Source: an uncultured bacterium (GTDB lineage: Bacteria; Margulisbacteria; WOR-1; XYC2-FULL-46-14; WPAF01). From it: a stretch of DNA of 50,935 nucleotides. The position numbers and the translations under genes were made by a program. The notes beneath the pieces are model-generated. The model ran no database searches. It was not told where the DNA came from and was given only the letters and a program-made list of their open reading frames with translations. This document shows positions 27,037 to 37,019 of the stretch, one piece after another. The stretch is from assembly GCA_903930225.1 (NCBI GenBank), contig CAIYXV010000096.1:1-50935 (forward strand), written 5' to 3'. Every line of letters begins with the position of its first letter. The first letter of the stretch is position 1.

Positions 27037-28197
27037 TTATTTAATGCGGGAAAGGACCATCTCCCCGGCCGCTTTAGTTCCCAGTAGTTTTTTCGGATCG
27101 TCGGCGGGAGTAATTAGATCGCCGGTCCGGTAGCCTTCGGACAATATTTTATTTACCGCGTTCTCGATCGCGGCCGCACCTTTCTCCGCCCCGATATGCC
27201 TTAGCATAAGCGCGCCGGTGAGAATCCTCCCCAGTGGATTCGCTTTATCCTGTCCCGCCAGCGTGGGAGCGGTCCCCGCCCCGCTCTCAAATAATGCGGC
27301 GTTCGTATCCGGATTGATGGAAGCGCTGCACATCATTCCCATGCTCCCTAGCGCCGCAGCCGCCCCATCGGATAAGATATCGCCGTGCTCATTCCCGCAG
27401 GCGATCACTCCGTTAAGCTTCGCCGGGGTAAAAAGCAGCGCTGCCGCGGAATCCACCAGCTGGTGGACCAGCGGCACATCCGAAAATTCAGCTTTACCGA
27501 TCCGGCTGACGATCGACCGCCAGAAAACATACCGGGCCATGACATTGTATTTATCGATCGAGATCAGGGGCAGTTTGACCTTCCGGGCGTAAGCAAACGC
27601 GGCGCGGATGTATTTTTCGATCGTTTCTTTGCGGTAATAAGCGATGTCTGAAACTATTTCCTCATTGCCGGTCACATCCTGCTTCATTTTTACGCCGATC
27701 CGGTCCGCAATGTCCTGCGGCATCTTCCCCAGCAGATCGGCATTGCCAAAATAGCTGTCTTCCAGAAGGTACCTGATCCAGACTTGTTTTATCCCCTGGT
27801 CGGGAATGACCTCGGTTTTAACGTTGGCCAGCGGCGCGAGCGCTTTGTAATAGATCATGGGACGGAAGTTGAGCAGAAGACCCATCCGCTTGCGGAGAGC
27901 AAGCAGCACCCTCGCTTCCGGCCTGAGTTCCGGACGCGTAACCCCGATCGTCGAATCATCCTTAAAATCGCCCACGCCGCCGAAAAATATGACACCGGCA
28001 GCGATCGCGGTCTCGAACGATTCAATGGGCAGTGTATCACCGAATTTATGATAAGCGCTCCAGCCCATCGGGGTCTTGATGAATTCAATATTGATCCCGT
28101 CCAATTTTGCGGCTTCCACCGCCACCCGCACAGCCTGGGCCATCATTTCCGGCCCGGAGCCGTCACCCTCAACCAGCGCGATTTTTTTTGTGATCAT
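27037..28197 (-). CDS. leuB: Isocitrate/isopropylmalate dehydrogenase family protein (LeuB-like)
   Basis: N-terminus IALVEGDGSGPEMM and C-terminal blocks GNEHGDILSDGAAALGSMGMM and FESGAGTAPTLAG. The middle of the protein diverges from textbook LeuB, so substrate assignment is tentative. Confidence 0.6.
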   Translation of the reverse strand: MITKKIALVEGDGSGPEMMAQAVRVAVEAAKLDGINIEFIKTPMGWSAYHKFGDTLPIESFETAIAAGVIFFGGVGDFKDDSTIGVTRPELRPEARVLLALRKRMGLLLNFRPMIYYKALAPLANVKTEVIPDQGIKQVWIRYLLEDSYFGNADLLGKMPQDIADRIGVKMKQDVTGNEEIVSDIAYYRKETIEKYIRAAFAYARKVKLPLISIDKYNVMARYVFWRSIVSRIGKAEFSDVPLVHQLVDSAAALLFTPAKLNGVIACGNEHGDILSDGAAAALGSMGMMCSASINPDTNAALFESGAGTAPTLAGQDKANPLGRILTGALMLRHIGAEKGAAAIENAVNKILSEGYRTGDLITPADDPKKLLGTKAAGEMVLSRIK

Positions 28198-28316
28198 AAT
28201 TCCTCCTTGATCCGATCAAGCCCGAACAGACAAGAACAATATAATTTTAACACATTTTACGCAAAATAATGTGAAATCCAGACCGGAAAAAGACGATATA
28301 TATCCGGGAGAAATAA

Positions 28317-30854
28317 ATGGCAGGTAACGGACCAAAAGATATAGATAAAATAGGAATTATACAGACAAGATTTCCGGCAGGAAGTCCTGCGGAACGCGTT
28401 TCATTTTCAGGCAATCTATTCCAGTCTGACCTTTTACGCATGCGGGCGGAATTCCCCTCCGGCAACATACCCGTCGCTACTTTATTCAGGACCCTTCGAT
28501 CGGATGTCCGGAACGAACTTTCCGCGACCATTTCTCAAGCACTGGGAAAAGATCATCTATCAGGCAGAGAACTCTCCGCGCTCATTGTTAAGATCGAGCC
28601 GGAAAGGATCTATTCCGCCGGCGATATCGGAGACCTGTTGATCATTGCCAACCGGCAGGAATCGAATGAGCCGATCACCCGGTCCGGCGCAATCGTTAAC
28701 GGCGTGATCTTAAGGCCGATCCAGCTCGACGCGGTCGATTTGCTCCTGGGCCTGGTCGTCGATCAGGAAAAGCCGAGGCTGGCCGATGAACTGCTGAAAT
28801 TGGGCGTTACTTCTATACCGGAAATGGCGATCACCAGATTACTGGCATCTATACCCGAAAAAGCATTAGGCGCACAGTATAATGCCAGAGAGGTTGCGGT
28901 ATTCCTGTACGGCATCGTTTCTTCCACTCCGATCATGGAGGGGGAACCGGTCTACGATTACCGGGCAATCGAACTGCGGATCGTGGCTTCGAAAAATCCC
29001 GAAAACACTTCACTGTTCGATCGCAAAGTCATGTCGTTTCTTTCCAACCGGTTCGGGATTAAACCCGAAACAGTGGAATACGCGTCGATCGTCCTTAAAG
29101 AAGAAGGTTATACGATCGACCAGCCCAGGCTGTTCGGTCTGCTTTTAAGGGGAATACTGGAGGTTACATCTAACCGGCCTTATTCAAGAACGCCGGTCGA
29201 GCTTTCGGGAATGGTTCCCGATCTGGTAAAGCTCGGTTTGCTTTACGAAGCAAACCGGAGGACGAACACATACGCTCCGGAAGAATGGAAGTCCTTAAGC
29301 GTTCTTTTCATCCAATATCCCGATTTCCGGGCCCATTTCACGCGTCATTTCATTCCCCCGCTCAACGAGCTCTGCGATCCTAAAACGATCAACCCTAAGG
29401 GTGCCGATCCCCTGACCGGGTTTGGCAAGTCGGCCGATTCGATCCTGGTCGTGGGACGGGTTTATTATGAGACCGCCGCATTTGTCTCTTCGCTCCGTTC
29501 AAAGCCGCAAGCGGAACAGGTGGAAGCGCTTGGCAAATATTTCAAGGATTACCCATTTGAAGAAACGTCGTCGATCCGGATATTCGCATTCATCGACTGC
29601 GGAAAAGACCTTCTGCCCGCTGTGCTCAATACTAAGGATAACGCTTACGGAGCACTGACCGACGGAATCGCCAAGCTGATGGTAGAAAATGAAACTGAAA
29701 CATTCGATGTTACATCCGCCGGACATCCCGACGAAAAGCTTATGGAGCATCTCAAGGACCGCGCGCCGGCAACACTCGATCTGATACAGATTGCGCTCTC
29801 GGGGCATTCCGAGGAAGTCAGGAAAAAAGCCGAAGAGATATTAACGGCACAACCTTTAGCTATCTACCTGATGATGGTGCTTGCTTCAGGGAAGCTTTCC
29901 AAAAGGGTTTTATCAAAGCTGATATCCTTGATCATTAAAGCTCTGTCGTCCGACCTCGCGCCCGCGGCGGATTTGATGTATAAGCTGCTGCTTGCCTATG
30001 TAATTAATATGTCCGGCCCGGGGAAAAAGAGCTTGCTTGCAATCCCCGGGATCAAAAATGCGATCGTTGCTTATTTTAGCCGGACAGCCAGATTTGCGTT
30101 AAATCAAATGGCGAATGGAATCCTTCTTGAAAGTGAGAAGCGCCTATTCCGGGTCGAAAACGGAAACGGCCGGGTGCCCAAGTCCCTGCACGACGCCAAT
30201 GAGACCGCCGCGCTGACGGAGGCGTTTTATGTCGAAGCGATCAAGATGGACCTCCTTAATGTCGGTATCGAAGGAGAAAGGGGCGTCTCAAGCGCGCTTA
30301 CCGCCGCCCGCGCCTTCGCCGCGTTCGTGGCCGGCGAGAGCGATGCCAGTCCCGACATCGCCTACATCCCAGGTTTCATAGCCGCACGGCTTTCTGCCGA
30401 GAACCGGGAAAAATCGGTGGACGAGATAAAGAAAGCGATTTCTGCCGACCGCGGCCGCAATGGAATTTTTGTCGCAATGGACATCGTCCAGAACATTCTC
30501 GGCCCGGAGATCTATACCGCGCTTGGTCAAGCTTATAAGGAACTTAACCGGCCGGAGCACTTTGTTGAAGCCCTGCTTTATTCACACATCTTGGTGGGGA
30601 CCAGCAGAATGGATAAGGTCAAGACAGTGCTAAACGCCCTGAAAGCGGAGACAAAAGCCTGGGTAACCCTGTTGGCGCTTATCAACCATGACCGCTTCGC
30701 GGAAGCCAGGCAGATGATCGGGGTCATACTGGACCACGCCCGCACGCTGGCCGGGGCGGAAAATCCTTATTCCGCGGAAAACCTCAAAAAAGCGATCGAT
30801 TCGGCCGACCGGTCAATCAACGCCATCTTCACCAATACTTTCGATCAGTCTTAA
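28317..30854 (+). CDS. Large hypothetical protein, 845 aa, predicted soluble and helical, no domain recognised
   Basis: An uninterrupted 2.5-kb ORF with a good SD (gggagaaataaATG). No signal peptide, TM segment, P-loop or repeats were detected by eye. The 3' end overlaps thiE convergently by 42 nt. Confidence 0.65.
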   Translation: MAGNGPKDIDKIGIIQTRFPAGSPAERVSFSGNLFQSDLLRMRAEFPSGNIPVATLFRTLRSDVRNELSATISQALGKDHLSGRELSALIVKIEPERIYSAGDIGDLLIIANRQESNEPITRSGAIVNGVILRPIQLDAVDLLLGLVVDQEKPRLADELLKLGVTSIPEMAITRLLASIPEKALGAQYNAREVAVFLYGIVSSTPIMEGEPVYDYRAIELRIVASKNPENTSLFDRKVMSFLSNRFGIKPETVEYASIVLKEEGYTIDQPRLFGLLLRGILEVTSNRPYSRTPVELSGMVPDLVKLGLLYEANRRTNTYAPEEWKSLSVLFIQYPDFRAHFTRHFIPPLNELCDPKTINPKGADPLTGFGKSADSILVVGRVYYETAAFVSSLRSKPQAEQVEALGKYFKDYPFEETSSIRIFAFIDCGKDLLPAVLNTKDNAYGALTDGIAKLMVENETETFDVTSAGHPDEKLMEHLKDRAPATLDLIQIALSGHSEEVRKKAEEILTAQPLAIYLMMVLASGKLSKRVLSKLISLIIKALSSDLAPAADLMYKLLLAYVINMSGPGKKSLLAIPGIKNAIVAYFSRTARFALNQMANGILLESEKRLFRVENGNGRVPKSLHDANETAALTEAFYVEAIKMDLLNVGIEGERGVSSALTAARAFAAFVAGESDASPDIAYIPGFIAARLSAENREKSVDEIKKAISADRGRNGIFVAMDIVQNILGPEIYTALGQAYKELNRPEHFVEALLYSHILVGTSRMDKVKTVLNALKAETKAWVTLLALINHDRFAEARQMIGVILDHARTLAGAENPYSAENLKKAIDSADRSINAIFTNTFDQS

Positions 30855-31850
30855 AGCCGCCTTTTTCATGTCCCGTTCTCCCAAAACCGCGCTTATGACC
30901 GCGACCTGCCCAGTATATTTAATCACCTGATCGATATTTGAATTATTTATTCCCCCCAGGGCCACGACCGGGATATTAACGCTCTTGACTATCTTCGCCA
31001 ATTTATTAATTCCCAGCGGTTTTACTGACGGTTTGATCGCCGACCGGAACACCGGCCCGAACCCGATGTAATCCGCACCGTCCCGCTCCGCCCTTCTGGC
31101 TTCGGAAGGCGTTGACGCTGAAACACCGATTATTTTTCCCGAACCGAGCGCTTTTCGGGCGTATTTTATATCCTGATCTTCCGATCCGATATGGACGCCG
31201 TCCGCACCGATTTTTTTCGCGATATCTATATGGTCGTTGATGATCAGCCTCATGCCCAGCTTTCTTGTGACCTGCCTGGCTTTTTGTGCCGTCCTTATAA
31301 AAGCGGTCTTGTTAGAGGATTTATCCCTCAACTGCACGATCCTAACCCCCGCTTTCCCGGCCTCTCTGATGGTCTTTATCGGGTTCCGTGAGGGATCGGT
31401 AATGACATAAAGCCCGAAGTCCAGCAAAAGCTTGCGGCCCATCCTTTTTTCGATCTCATAGAGGTCAAAGCGGATCGTCTTAAAATACCGCCCGAACGCC
31501 GGATCGATCAGTTTTGAGAACTCTTCCAGCACCCGCATCGACTCCTCGCTCCGCTTGATGTTCGCGTAAAATATCTCTTCGATCTTCGATCGTTTTGACT
31601 CGGGCGCGGTGTACAGCTTACCCCCAACGTCTGAAAGCGAGGCGCGCGCGGCCAGCAGTTTTTCTTTTGGGATCCTTGATGTCGCCGCTTTAAACCGGGC
31701 GCGGAAGTCCTTTATCGTTCGGGTAAATCCCGGATCCTCAAGATGGAACCGGGCGATCTCTTCTATTACCCGCAGTCCTTCCATCGCCCGATTAATATTC
31801 GCGTCAATTATCCGGTAGACATTTTTCACGGAATAACGGTCTCGACCCAT
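30813..31850 (-). CDS. thiE: Thiamine-phosphate synthase with an N-terminal extension of about 130 aa
   Basis: The C-terminal TMP-TENI domain shows LYVITD, IVQLRDK, GADGVHIGSED, IGVSASTPSEA, GADYIGFGPVF and PVVALGGI. The N-terminal part (YRIIDANINRAMEGLRVIEE...) has unknown function. Confidence 0.8.
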   Translation of the reverse strand: MGRDRYSVKNVYRIIDANINRAMEGLRVIEEIARFHLEDPGFTRTIKDFRARFKAATSRIPKEKLLAARASLSDVGGKLYTAPESKRSKIEEIFYANIKRSEESMRVLEEFSKLIDPAFGRYFKTIRFDLYEIEKRMGRKLLLDFGLYVITDPSRNPIKTIREAGKAGVRIVQLRDKSSNKTAFIRTAQKARQVTRKLGMRLIINDHIDIAKKIGADGVHIGSEDQDIKYARKALGSGKIIGVSASTPSEARRAERDGADYIGFGPVFRSAIKPSVKPLGINKLAKIVKSVNIPVVALGGINNSNIDQVIKYTGQVAVISAVLGERDMKKAALRLIESIGEDGVD

Positions 31851-32728
31851 TGCATGGGATCGACCCGCACGTCGTGCACGGACATTCCCCAGTGAAGATG
31901 GGGGCCGGAAGCGATGCCGGTACTACCGGCAAGGCCGATCCGGTCTCCCTTTTTAACCTCCTGGCCCGGGTGTGCGATTATCTTTGAAAGATGGAAATAC
32001 AGGGTATTTATCCCCTGCCCGTGGTCTATGACCACGGTGCCGCCGAAGGCTTTGAAAAATTGCGCGATCACGACCTTCCCATTGTGCGCCGCCGCTACCG
32101 GGGTTCCGGTTTGCGCCCTGAAATCCTGGCCGCGGTGGCGGGAGCGCGGCTTGCCGTTGACAAATTCCCTGGTGCCGAACGGCATGGTGGTTATTCCCGG
32201 CACCGGCCTCAAGTAAAAGCCATACCATAATTTGGCCGGCGATTCATCAAGGAGCTTTTTTTCTATCTGTCCCCATTCATCATCCACCAGCGCCGGAGCG
32301 AGCAGCTTTTTCTTCGAAGGGATAAGCCAGAACGAAACTTTGGGATAAGTCTTCGGGCTGACCATTATCGATATTTCCCTTAAATTGACCTTACCGCCGT
32401 TGTCCGTATATTTAACTTCTATTGGATATTCCCCTGGCTTTTTTTCCGGCTCGCAGCCCACGATCGCCCGCATTCCCTTCTCGTACGGATAAAATGCTAT
32501 CTTTTTGCCGTCAAAGACCAGTGAAGCGTCACGGACCGATTCTAAAGTCGGCGTGTCGCTGGTTTCGGAAATGAACACCATAAAGCTTCTTCCCTGATAG
32601 ACTTCGCCGTGAGCAAAAACATCGACGCCGGCTAAAACGCGGCCGGCAAGAAGGATAAGGATTATCGTGAATAATGCGAAACCGACAGTAATATTAGCTA
32701 AGATGCGGGGATCTCGTGCTTTTTTCAT
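31826..32728 (-). CDS. M23-family metallopeptidase (LytM-type)
   Basis: N-terminal TM anchor. HxxxD (HRGQDF) and HxH (GPHLHWGMSV) zinc ligands are present. Confidence 0.85.
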   Translation of the reverse strand: MKKARDPRILANITVGFALFTIILILLAGRVLAGVDVFAHGEVYQGRSFMVFISETSDTPTLESVRDASLVFDGKKIAFYPYEKGMRAIVGCEPEKKPGEYPIEVKYTDNGGKVNLREISIMVSPKTYPKVSFWLIPSKKKLLAPALVDDEWGQIEKKLLDESPAKLWYGFYLRPVPGITTMPFGTREFVNGKPRSRHRGQDFRAQTGTPVAAAHNGKVVIAQFFKAFGGTVVIDHGQGINTLYFHLSKIIAHPGQEVKKGDRIGLAGSTGIASGPHLHWGMSVHDVRVDPMQWVETVIP

Positions 32729-33069
32729 TTCTTTATTTGGTTAAACTTGTCCACGAATACGATCTTTGGTTTGAATTTTTTCTGTTCAGATGGTGTCATC
32801 AGGGCATAGGACAAAATGATCACTTTTTCGCCTTTTTTCCCCAGCCTGGCCGCCGGGCCCCGCAATCCGATCTCCCCGGCTTTCCCTTCTATTATATAGG
32901 TCTCAAACCGGTGTCCGTTGTCAAAGTTGAGCACGGCTACTTTTTCCCCGGCCACCAGGCCCGCCGCCTGCAGGAGCTTTTTATCGATGGCGATGCTTCC
33001 CACATAATTAAGCTCCGCTGAGGTTATGGTCGCCATGTGAATTTTTGATTTAAGTATGGTGATAAGCAT
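32725..33069 (-). CDS. panD: Aspartate 1-decarboxylase
   Basis: MLITILKSKIHMATITSAELNYVGSIAID, with the self-processing G-S site. 114 aa. Confidence 0.9.
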   Translation of the reverse strand: MLITILKSKIHMATITSAELNYVGSIAIDKKLLQAAGLVAGEKVAVLNFDNGHRFETYIIEGKAGEIGLRGPAARLGKKGEKVIILSYALMTPSEQKKFKPKIVFVDKFNQIKK

Positions 33070-33141
33070 AAATTTCGGATTTTCCGCCGAAGGCGGATCC
33101 GCCTCCGACGGACGACATTCGGATTTTCTCCACGTATTATA

Positions 33142-34239
33142 TCACAAAATCTCGTTCGGTTTAAGCCGGCTGCCCTCTGGGATATGGGTGCCTTTCCTGA
33201 TCTGGCAGCGGTTCCCGATGACGGAATCACCGGCGATCGTCACGCCTTCCCCGATCCGGCACCAGTTCCCGACCACGCTTTTATTGATCAGGCTGCCCCG
33301 GGAGACGAACGAATCGGACCAGATCACAGAACCGCCGATCTTGGCGTCGTAGCCGATCACACACCGGTCGCCCACTACCGTGTCTTTTAAATGCGCTCCC
33401 CGCCGGATCTGTACAGCTTCCCCGATCACCACATGCCCTTCCAGTATGACTGACGGATCGATCTCGCAATGCCGCCCGGTCCAAACGGTCGAAGATATTT
33501 TTTTCCCGGGCAGGAACAACCGGACCAAGCCTCGCATGGCATCCTGGTTGGCGCGGATGTAAGCTGAAAGCCCGCCGACATCGCTCCAGTACTCTACCAT
33601 TTTATACCCGTACACCGGGGCTTTCTTCAGCATCAGCCGCGGGAACAGTTCTTTCCCGAAATCATAGACATGGTTTCTCGGGATCATGTCGATGATCTCC
33701 GGTTCAAAAATATAGATCCCCGCGTTCGCCAGATTGCTGGGGGCTTTATCTTTTTCCGGTTTTTCCAGGAATGATTCGATCCGGTCGCTAGCATCCACGC
33801 CGACTATGCCAAAATGAGTTGTATCGCTGACTACCGAAAGCGCGACCGTCGCCAGCGCTTTTTTGCTCTTATGGAAAGCCAGCATCTTACGGAGATTGAT
33901 GTCGGTTATGGCATCGGAGGACAAAACCAGGAAAGTTTCGGTCAGTCCGCCAAGCAGCACCGCCATCTTTAGCACCCCGCCGGCAGTCCCCAGCAGTTTT
34001 TCCTCATACGAATAAGAAAGGCTTACGCCGAACTTGTCGCCGTCGCCAAAGTAATTCATGATCTGTTCGGGATGATAATGGATATTGACCGAGGCCTTCC
34101 GGATGCCGTTGCGTCTTAGAAGATCGAGATTGTGCTGCATGCACGGCTTATTGGCGATCGGCACCATCGGCTTGGGAACGGCCAGGGTCAGCGGTTCCAG
34201 CCGGGTCCCGAAGCCGGCGGCCATGATAAGCGCTCTCAT
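33142..34239 (-). CDS. Sugar-1-phosphate nucleotidyltransferase with a C-terminal left-handed beta-helix
   Basis: MRALIMAAGFGTRLEPLTLAVPKPMVPI is the G-x-G-T-R-x pyrophosphorylase motif. The C-terminal third has hexapeptide-repeat character. Sugar and nucleotide specificity are unknown. Confidence 0.75.
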   Translation of the reverse strand: MRALIMAAGFGTRLEPLTLAVPKPMVPIANKPCMQHNLDLLRRNGIRKASVNIHYHPEQIMNYFGDGDKFGVSLSYSYEEKLLGTAGGVLKMAVLLGGLTETFLVLSSDAITDINLRKMLAFHKSKKALATVALSVVSDTTHFGIVGVDASDRIESFLEKPEKDKAPSNLANAGIYIFEPEIIDMIPRNHVYDFGKELFPRLMLKKAPVYGYKMVEYWSDVGGLSAYIRANQDAMRGLVRLFLPGKKISSTVWTGRHCEIDPSVILEGHVVIGEAVQIRRGAHLKDTVVGDRCVIGYDAKIGGSVIWSDSFVSRGSLINKSVVGNWCRIGEGVTIAGDSVIGNRCQIRKGTHIPEGSRLKPNEIL

Positions 34240-34673
34240 CTTCTGCTTTCTATCTTCCTGATCCGGCGCAGGTGCCGCTCGTCATTTGAGAACGGAGTGG
34301 CCAGCCATACCGCAATGATCTTTAAAGCTTGGTCTTTCTTCAGCTTGCGTCCCGCCAGGCAGAGTACATTGCAGTCGCCGTGTTCGCGGCTCTGCTTGGC
34401 GGTATAAATGTCATAGGCATTGACCGCGCGGATGCCCTTCACTTTGTTGGCGACGATCGTCACCCCAACCCCCGACCCGCAGATCAGGATCCCGCGATCG
34501 AACTTTCCCTGTGCCACCGCCCGCGCGGCGGGCTTCGCAAAATCGGGATAATCGCAGGATTCTTCCGAATCCGTCCCGAAATCCTTGAAAGCCATCTTCT
34601 TTTTCTTAAGATATTTCTTTATCTCCTGCTTTAATGGGAATCCCGCGTGATCTGAAGCTAACGCGACTTTCAT
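34236..34673 (-). CDS. rpiB: Ribose-5-phosphate isomerase B
   Basis: MKVALASDHAGFPLKQEI and ILICGSGVGVTIVANK. 145 aa. Confidence 0.9.
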   Translation of the reverse strand: MKVALASDHAGFPLKQEIKKYLKKKKMAFKDFGTDSEESCDYPDFAKPAARAVAQGKFDRGILICGSGVGVTIVANKVKGIRAVNAYDIYTAKQSREHGDCNVLCLAGRKLKKDQALKIIAVWLATPFSNDERHLRRIRKIESRR

Positions 34674-35383
34674 CCGATCACCCTCCTCATTTCAACCACC
34701 GCTTGTTTTAATCCGACAAAGACCGATCTGGCGATGATCGAGAATCCGATGTTTAATTCCTCTATCCCGGGAATGGAAACGATCTCTTTCACATTATTAT
34801 AATCGAGCCCGTGCCCGGCGTTGATCCTCAATCCGATCATGCGCGCTTTCTGGGTGATATTCCCGACTTTTTCCAATTCTATCATCCTGGCGTTATCTTT
34901 TTTGGCATTCGCGAATTTACCGGTATGGATCTCAATAAACTTAGCTCCTATCACCGCCGACTCCTCCACCTGCGCATCTTCGGGATCGATAAAAAGGCTG
35001 ACAATTATCCCCGCGTCCTGCAGTTTTTGGACCACTTTTTTTAGATCATTGCGGTGTTTTACAACATCCAATCCGCCTTCGGTCGTGATCTCTGCCCTTT
35101 TCTCGGGGACCAGCGTCACCATATCCGGACGGATCTTTCGCGCGATCTTTACCATCTCTTCGGTCGCGACCATCTCAAGGTCGATCCGCGTTTTAAGCGC
35201 GCGGAGTTTTTTAACATCCTCATCCTGAATGTGGCGGCGGTCTTCGCGCAGATGGCAGACGATCCCGTCCGCACCGCCCGCGATGCATTCCATGGCCGCC
35301 GCGCACGGATCGGGTAACGCCTCAAGGCGAGCTTGCCGCAGAGTGGCGATATGATCGATATTAACGCCCAATCTTACGCTCAT
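34670..35383 (-). CDS. pdxJ: Pyridoxine 5'-phosphate synthase
   Basis: LGVNIDHIATLRQAR, HLREDRRHI and EIHTG. 237 aa. Confidence 0.9.
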   Translation of the reverse strand: MSVRLGVNIDHIATLRQARLEALPDPCAAAMECIAGGADGIVCHLREDRRHIQDEDVKKLRALKTRIDLEMVATEEMVKIARKIRPDMVTLVPEKRAEITTEGGLDVVKHRNDLKKVVQKLQDAGIIVSLFIDPEDAQVEESAVIGAKFIEIHTGKFANAKKDNARMIELEKVGNITQKARMIGLRINAGHGLDYNNVKEIVSIPGIEELNIGFSIIARSVFVGLKQAVVEMRRVIG

Positions 35384-35856
35384 ACTTTTTTATGGATCAG
35401 GCACACGGCGTGCGCCGCGATCCCCTCTTTCCTTCCGGTAAAGCCGAGGCCTTCCTCGGTCTTTGCCTTAACATTGACCTGGTTCACTTCTATCTCCAAC
35501 GCTTGCGCCAGGGTTTCCCTTATTTGCCGCATGTAGGGAGCGAGCCTTGGCTCCTGGCAGACGACCACCGAATCTACGTTCGCTATTAAATATTCCGCGG
35601 CTTTAAGCTCCGATACGATCCGCTTTAGCAGGACCAGGCTTGAGATATCCTTATAAGCGGGATCGGTGTCGGGGAAAAAATCGCCGATGCTTCCCATACC
35701 CGCCGCTCCGATCAAAGCATCGATTATGGCGTGGATCAGGACATCGGCGTCGGAATGCCCCAGCAGTCCTTTCGGGTATGGCACTTCCACCCCGCCCAGG
35801 ATAAGCTTCCTTCCGGCCGTCAGTTTATGCGCGTCATAACCGATCCCTACCCGCAT
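35380..35856 (-). CDS. ispF: 2-C-methyl-D-erythritol 2,4-cyclodiphosphate synthase
   Basis: [12 protein letters not shown] and [19 protein letters not shown]. 158 aa. Confidence 0.9.
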   Translation of the reverse strand: MRVGIGYDAHKLTAGRKLILGGVEVPYPKGLLGHSDADVLIHAIIDALIGAAGMGSIGDFFPDTDPAYKDISSLVLLKRIVSELKAAEYLIANVDSVVVCQEPRLAPYMRQIRETLAQALEIEVNQVNVKAKTEEGLGFTGRKEGIAAHAVCLIHKKV

Positions 35857-37019
35857 TTTACCCTCACGAATTTTCTTTTGCCGACATTGACGATCCGCTC
35901 TTTTTGGATGTTGATCATTTCCTTTTCATCCTTTACCACAACCTCATCCACCCGGACCCCACCCTGTTTGATCATCCGCTTGGCGTCCGAAAGCGAGGTG
36001 ACCAGGCCGCCCTTCAGCAAAAGCTGGGTGATGATTAATTCTTTTTCCGAAAAATTCACGGTTTTGATCTCTTCCGGAACGTTACCTTTGGCGAACACCG
36101 ATTCGAACCCCGCCTCGGCGGTCGCGGCCTCTTTATCAGAATAAAAGCGGGAGACAAAGATCTTTGCCAGTCGCACTTTCGCTTCTTTAGGGTGCATCGC
36201 CTTAACTTCGGCCAGCGGGACATCGGTCATAAGCTCATAATATCTAAGCATAAGAGCGTCGGAAATAGACATGGTCTTGCCGAATATTTCCGAAGGAGGC
36301 TCGGTGACCCCGATGTAATTGCCGAGCGACTTGCTCATTTTCTGAACTCCGTCCAGCCCTTCCAGGATCGGGAGAGTGATGATTACCTGCGGCTCCTGCT
36401 TGAATTCCCTTTGAAGCTCCCTTCCCACCAGCATGTTGAATTTCTGATCGGTGCCTCCGATCTCAACATCTGATCCGAGATGGACCGAATCATAACCCTG
36501 TATTAAAGGGTACAAGAATTCATGGATGGAGATCGGACGTTCCTGCTCAAATCGGTTCATAAAATCTTCTCTTTCCAGCATGCGCGCCACCGTATATTTT
36601 GCCGCCAGGTTAATAACATCGTTTATCTTCAGATCATTAAGCCAATGGCTATTGTAAACTACTTTTGTCTTGTTTTTATCCAGGATTTTAAAAACCTGGT
36701 CCTGGTAAGTTTTTGAATTCTTGATTATTTCTTCTTCCGTAAGAGGCTTTCTGGTCTCGGATTTTCCGGTGGGATCGCCGATCCGCGCGGTAAAATCCCC
36801 GACCAAGAAAATGATCTCATGACCCAGTTCCTGTAGCTGTCTTAATTTATTAAGCACAACGGTATGGCCAAGATGGATATCGGGCGCGGACGGGTCGGCG
36901 CCCCATTTGATCTTCAGAGGCTTTCCCTTACTAAGCTTCTTCACCAGCTCTTCTTCAGGGATCAGCTCCACGATCCCTCTTTTAATGATCTCCAGTTGTT
37001 TGTTGATGTCTATCTGCAT
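35847..37019 (-). CDS. tyrS: Tyrosine--tRNA ligase
   Basis: HIGH-type motif DIHLGHTV, the KMSKS loop, and a C-terminal S4-like domain ([14 protein letters not shown]). 390 aa. Confidence 0.9.
   Translation of the reverse strand: MQIDINKQLEIIKRGIVELIPEEELVKKLSKGKPLKIKWGADPSAPDIHLGHTVVLNKLRQLQELGHEIIFLVGDFTARIGDPTGKSETRKPLTEEEIIKNSKTYQDQVFKILDKNKTKVVYNSHWLNDLKINDVINLAAKYTVARMLEREDFMNRFEQERPISIHEFLYPLIQGYDSVHLGSDVEIGGTDQKFNMLVGRELQREFKQEPQVIITLPILEGLDGVQKMSKSLGNYIGVTEPPSEIFGKTMSISDALMLRYYELMTDVPLAEVKAMHPKEAKVRLAKIFVSRFYSDKEAATAEAGFESVFAKGNVPEEIKTVNFSEKELIITQLLLKGGLVTSLSDAKRMIKQGGVRVDEVVVKDEKEMINIQKERIVNVGKRKFVRVKCG

Noticed and set aside
30813-31875. TPP riboswitch controlling thiE.
   Set aside because: The thiE start overlaps the M23 peptidase gene by 25 nt, so no untranslated leader is available.
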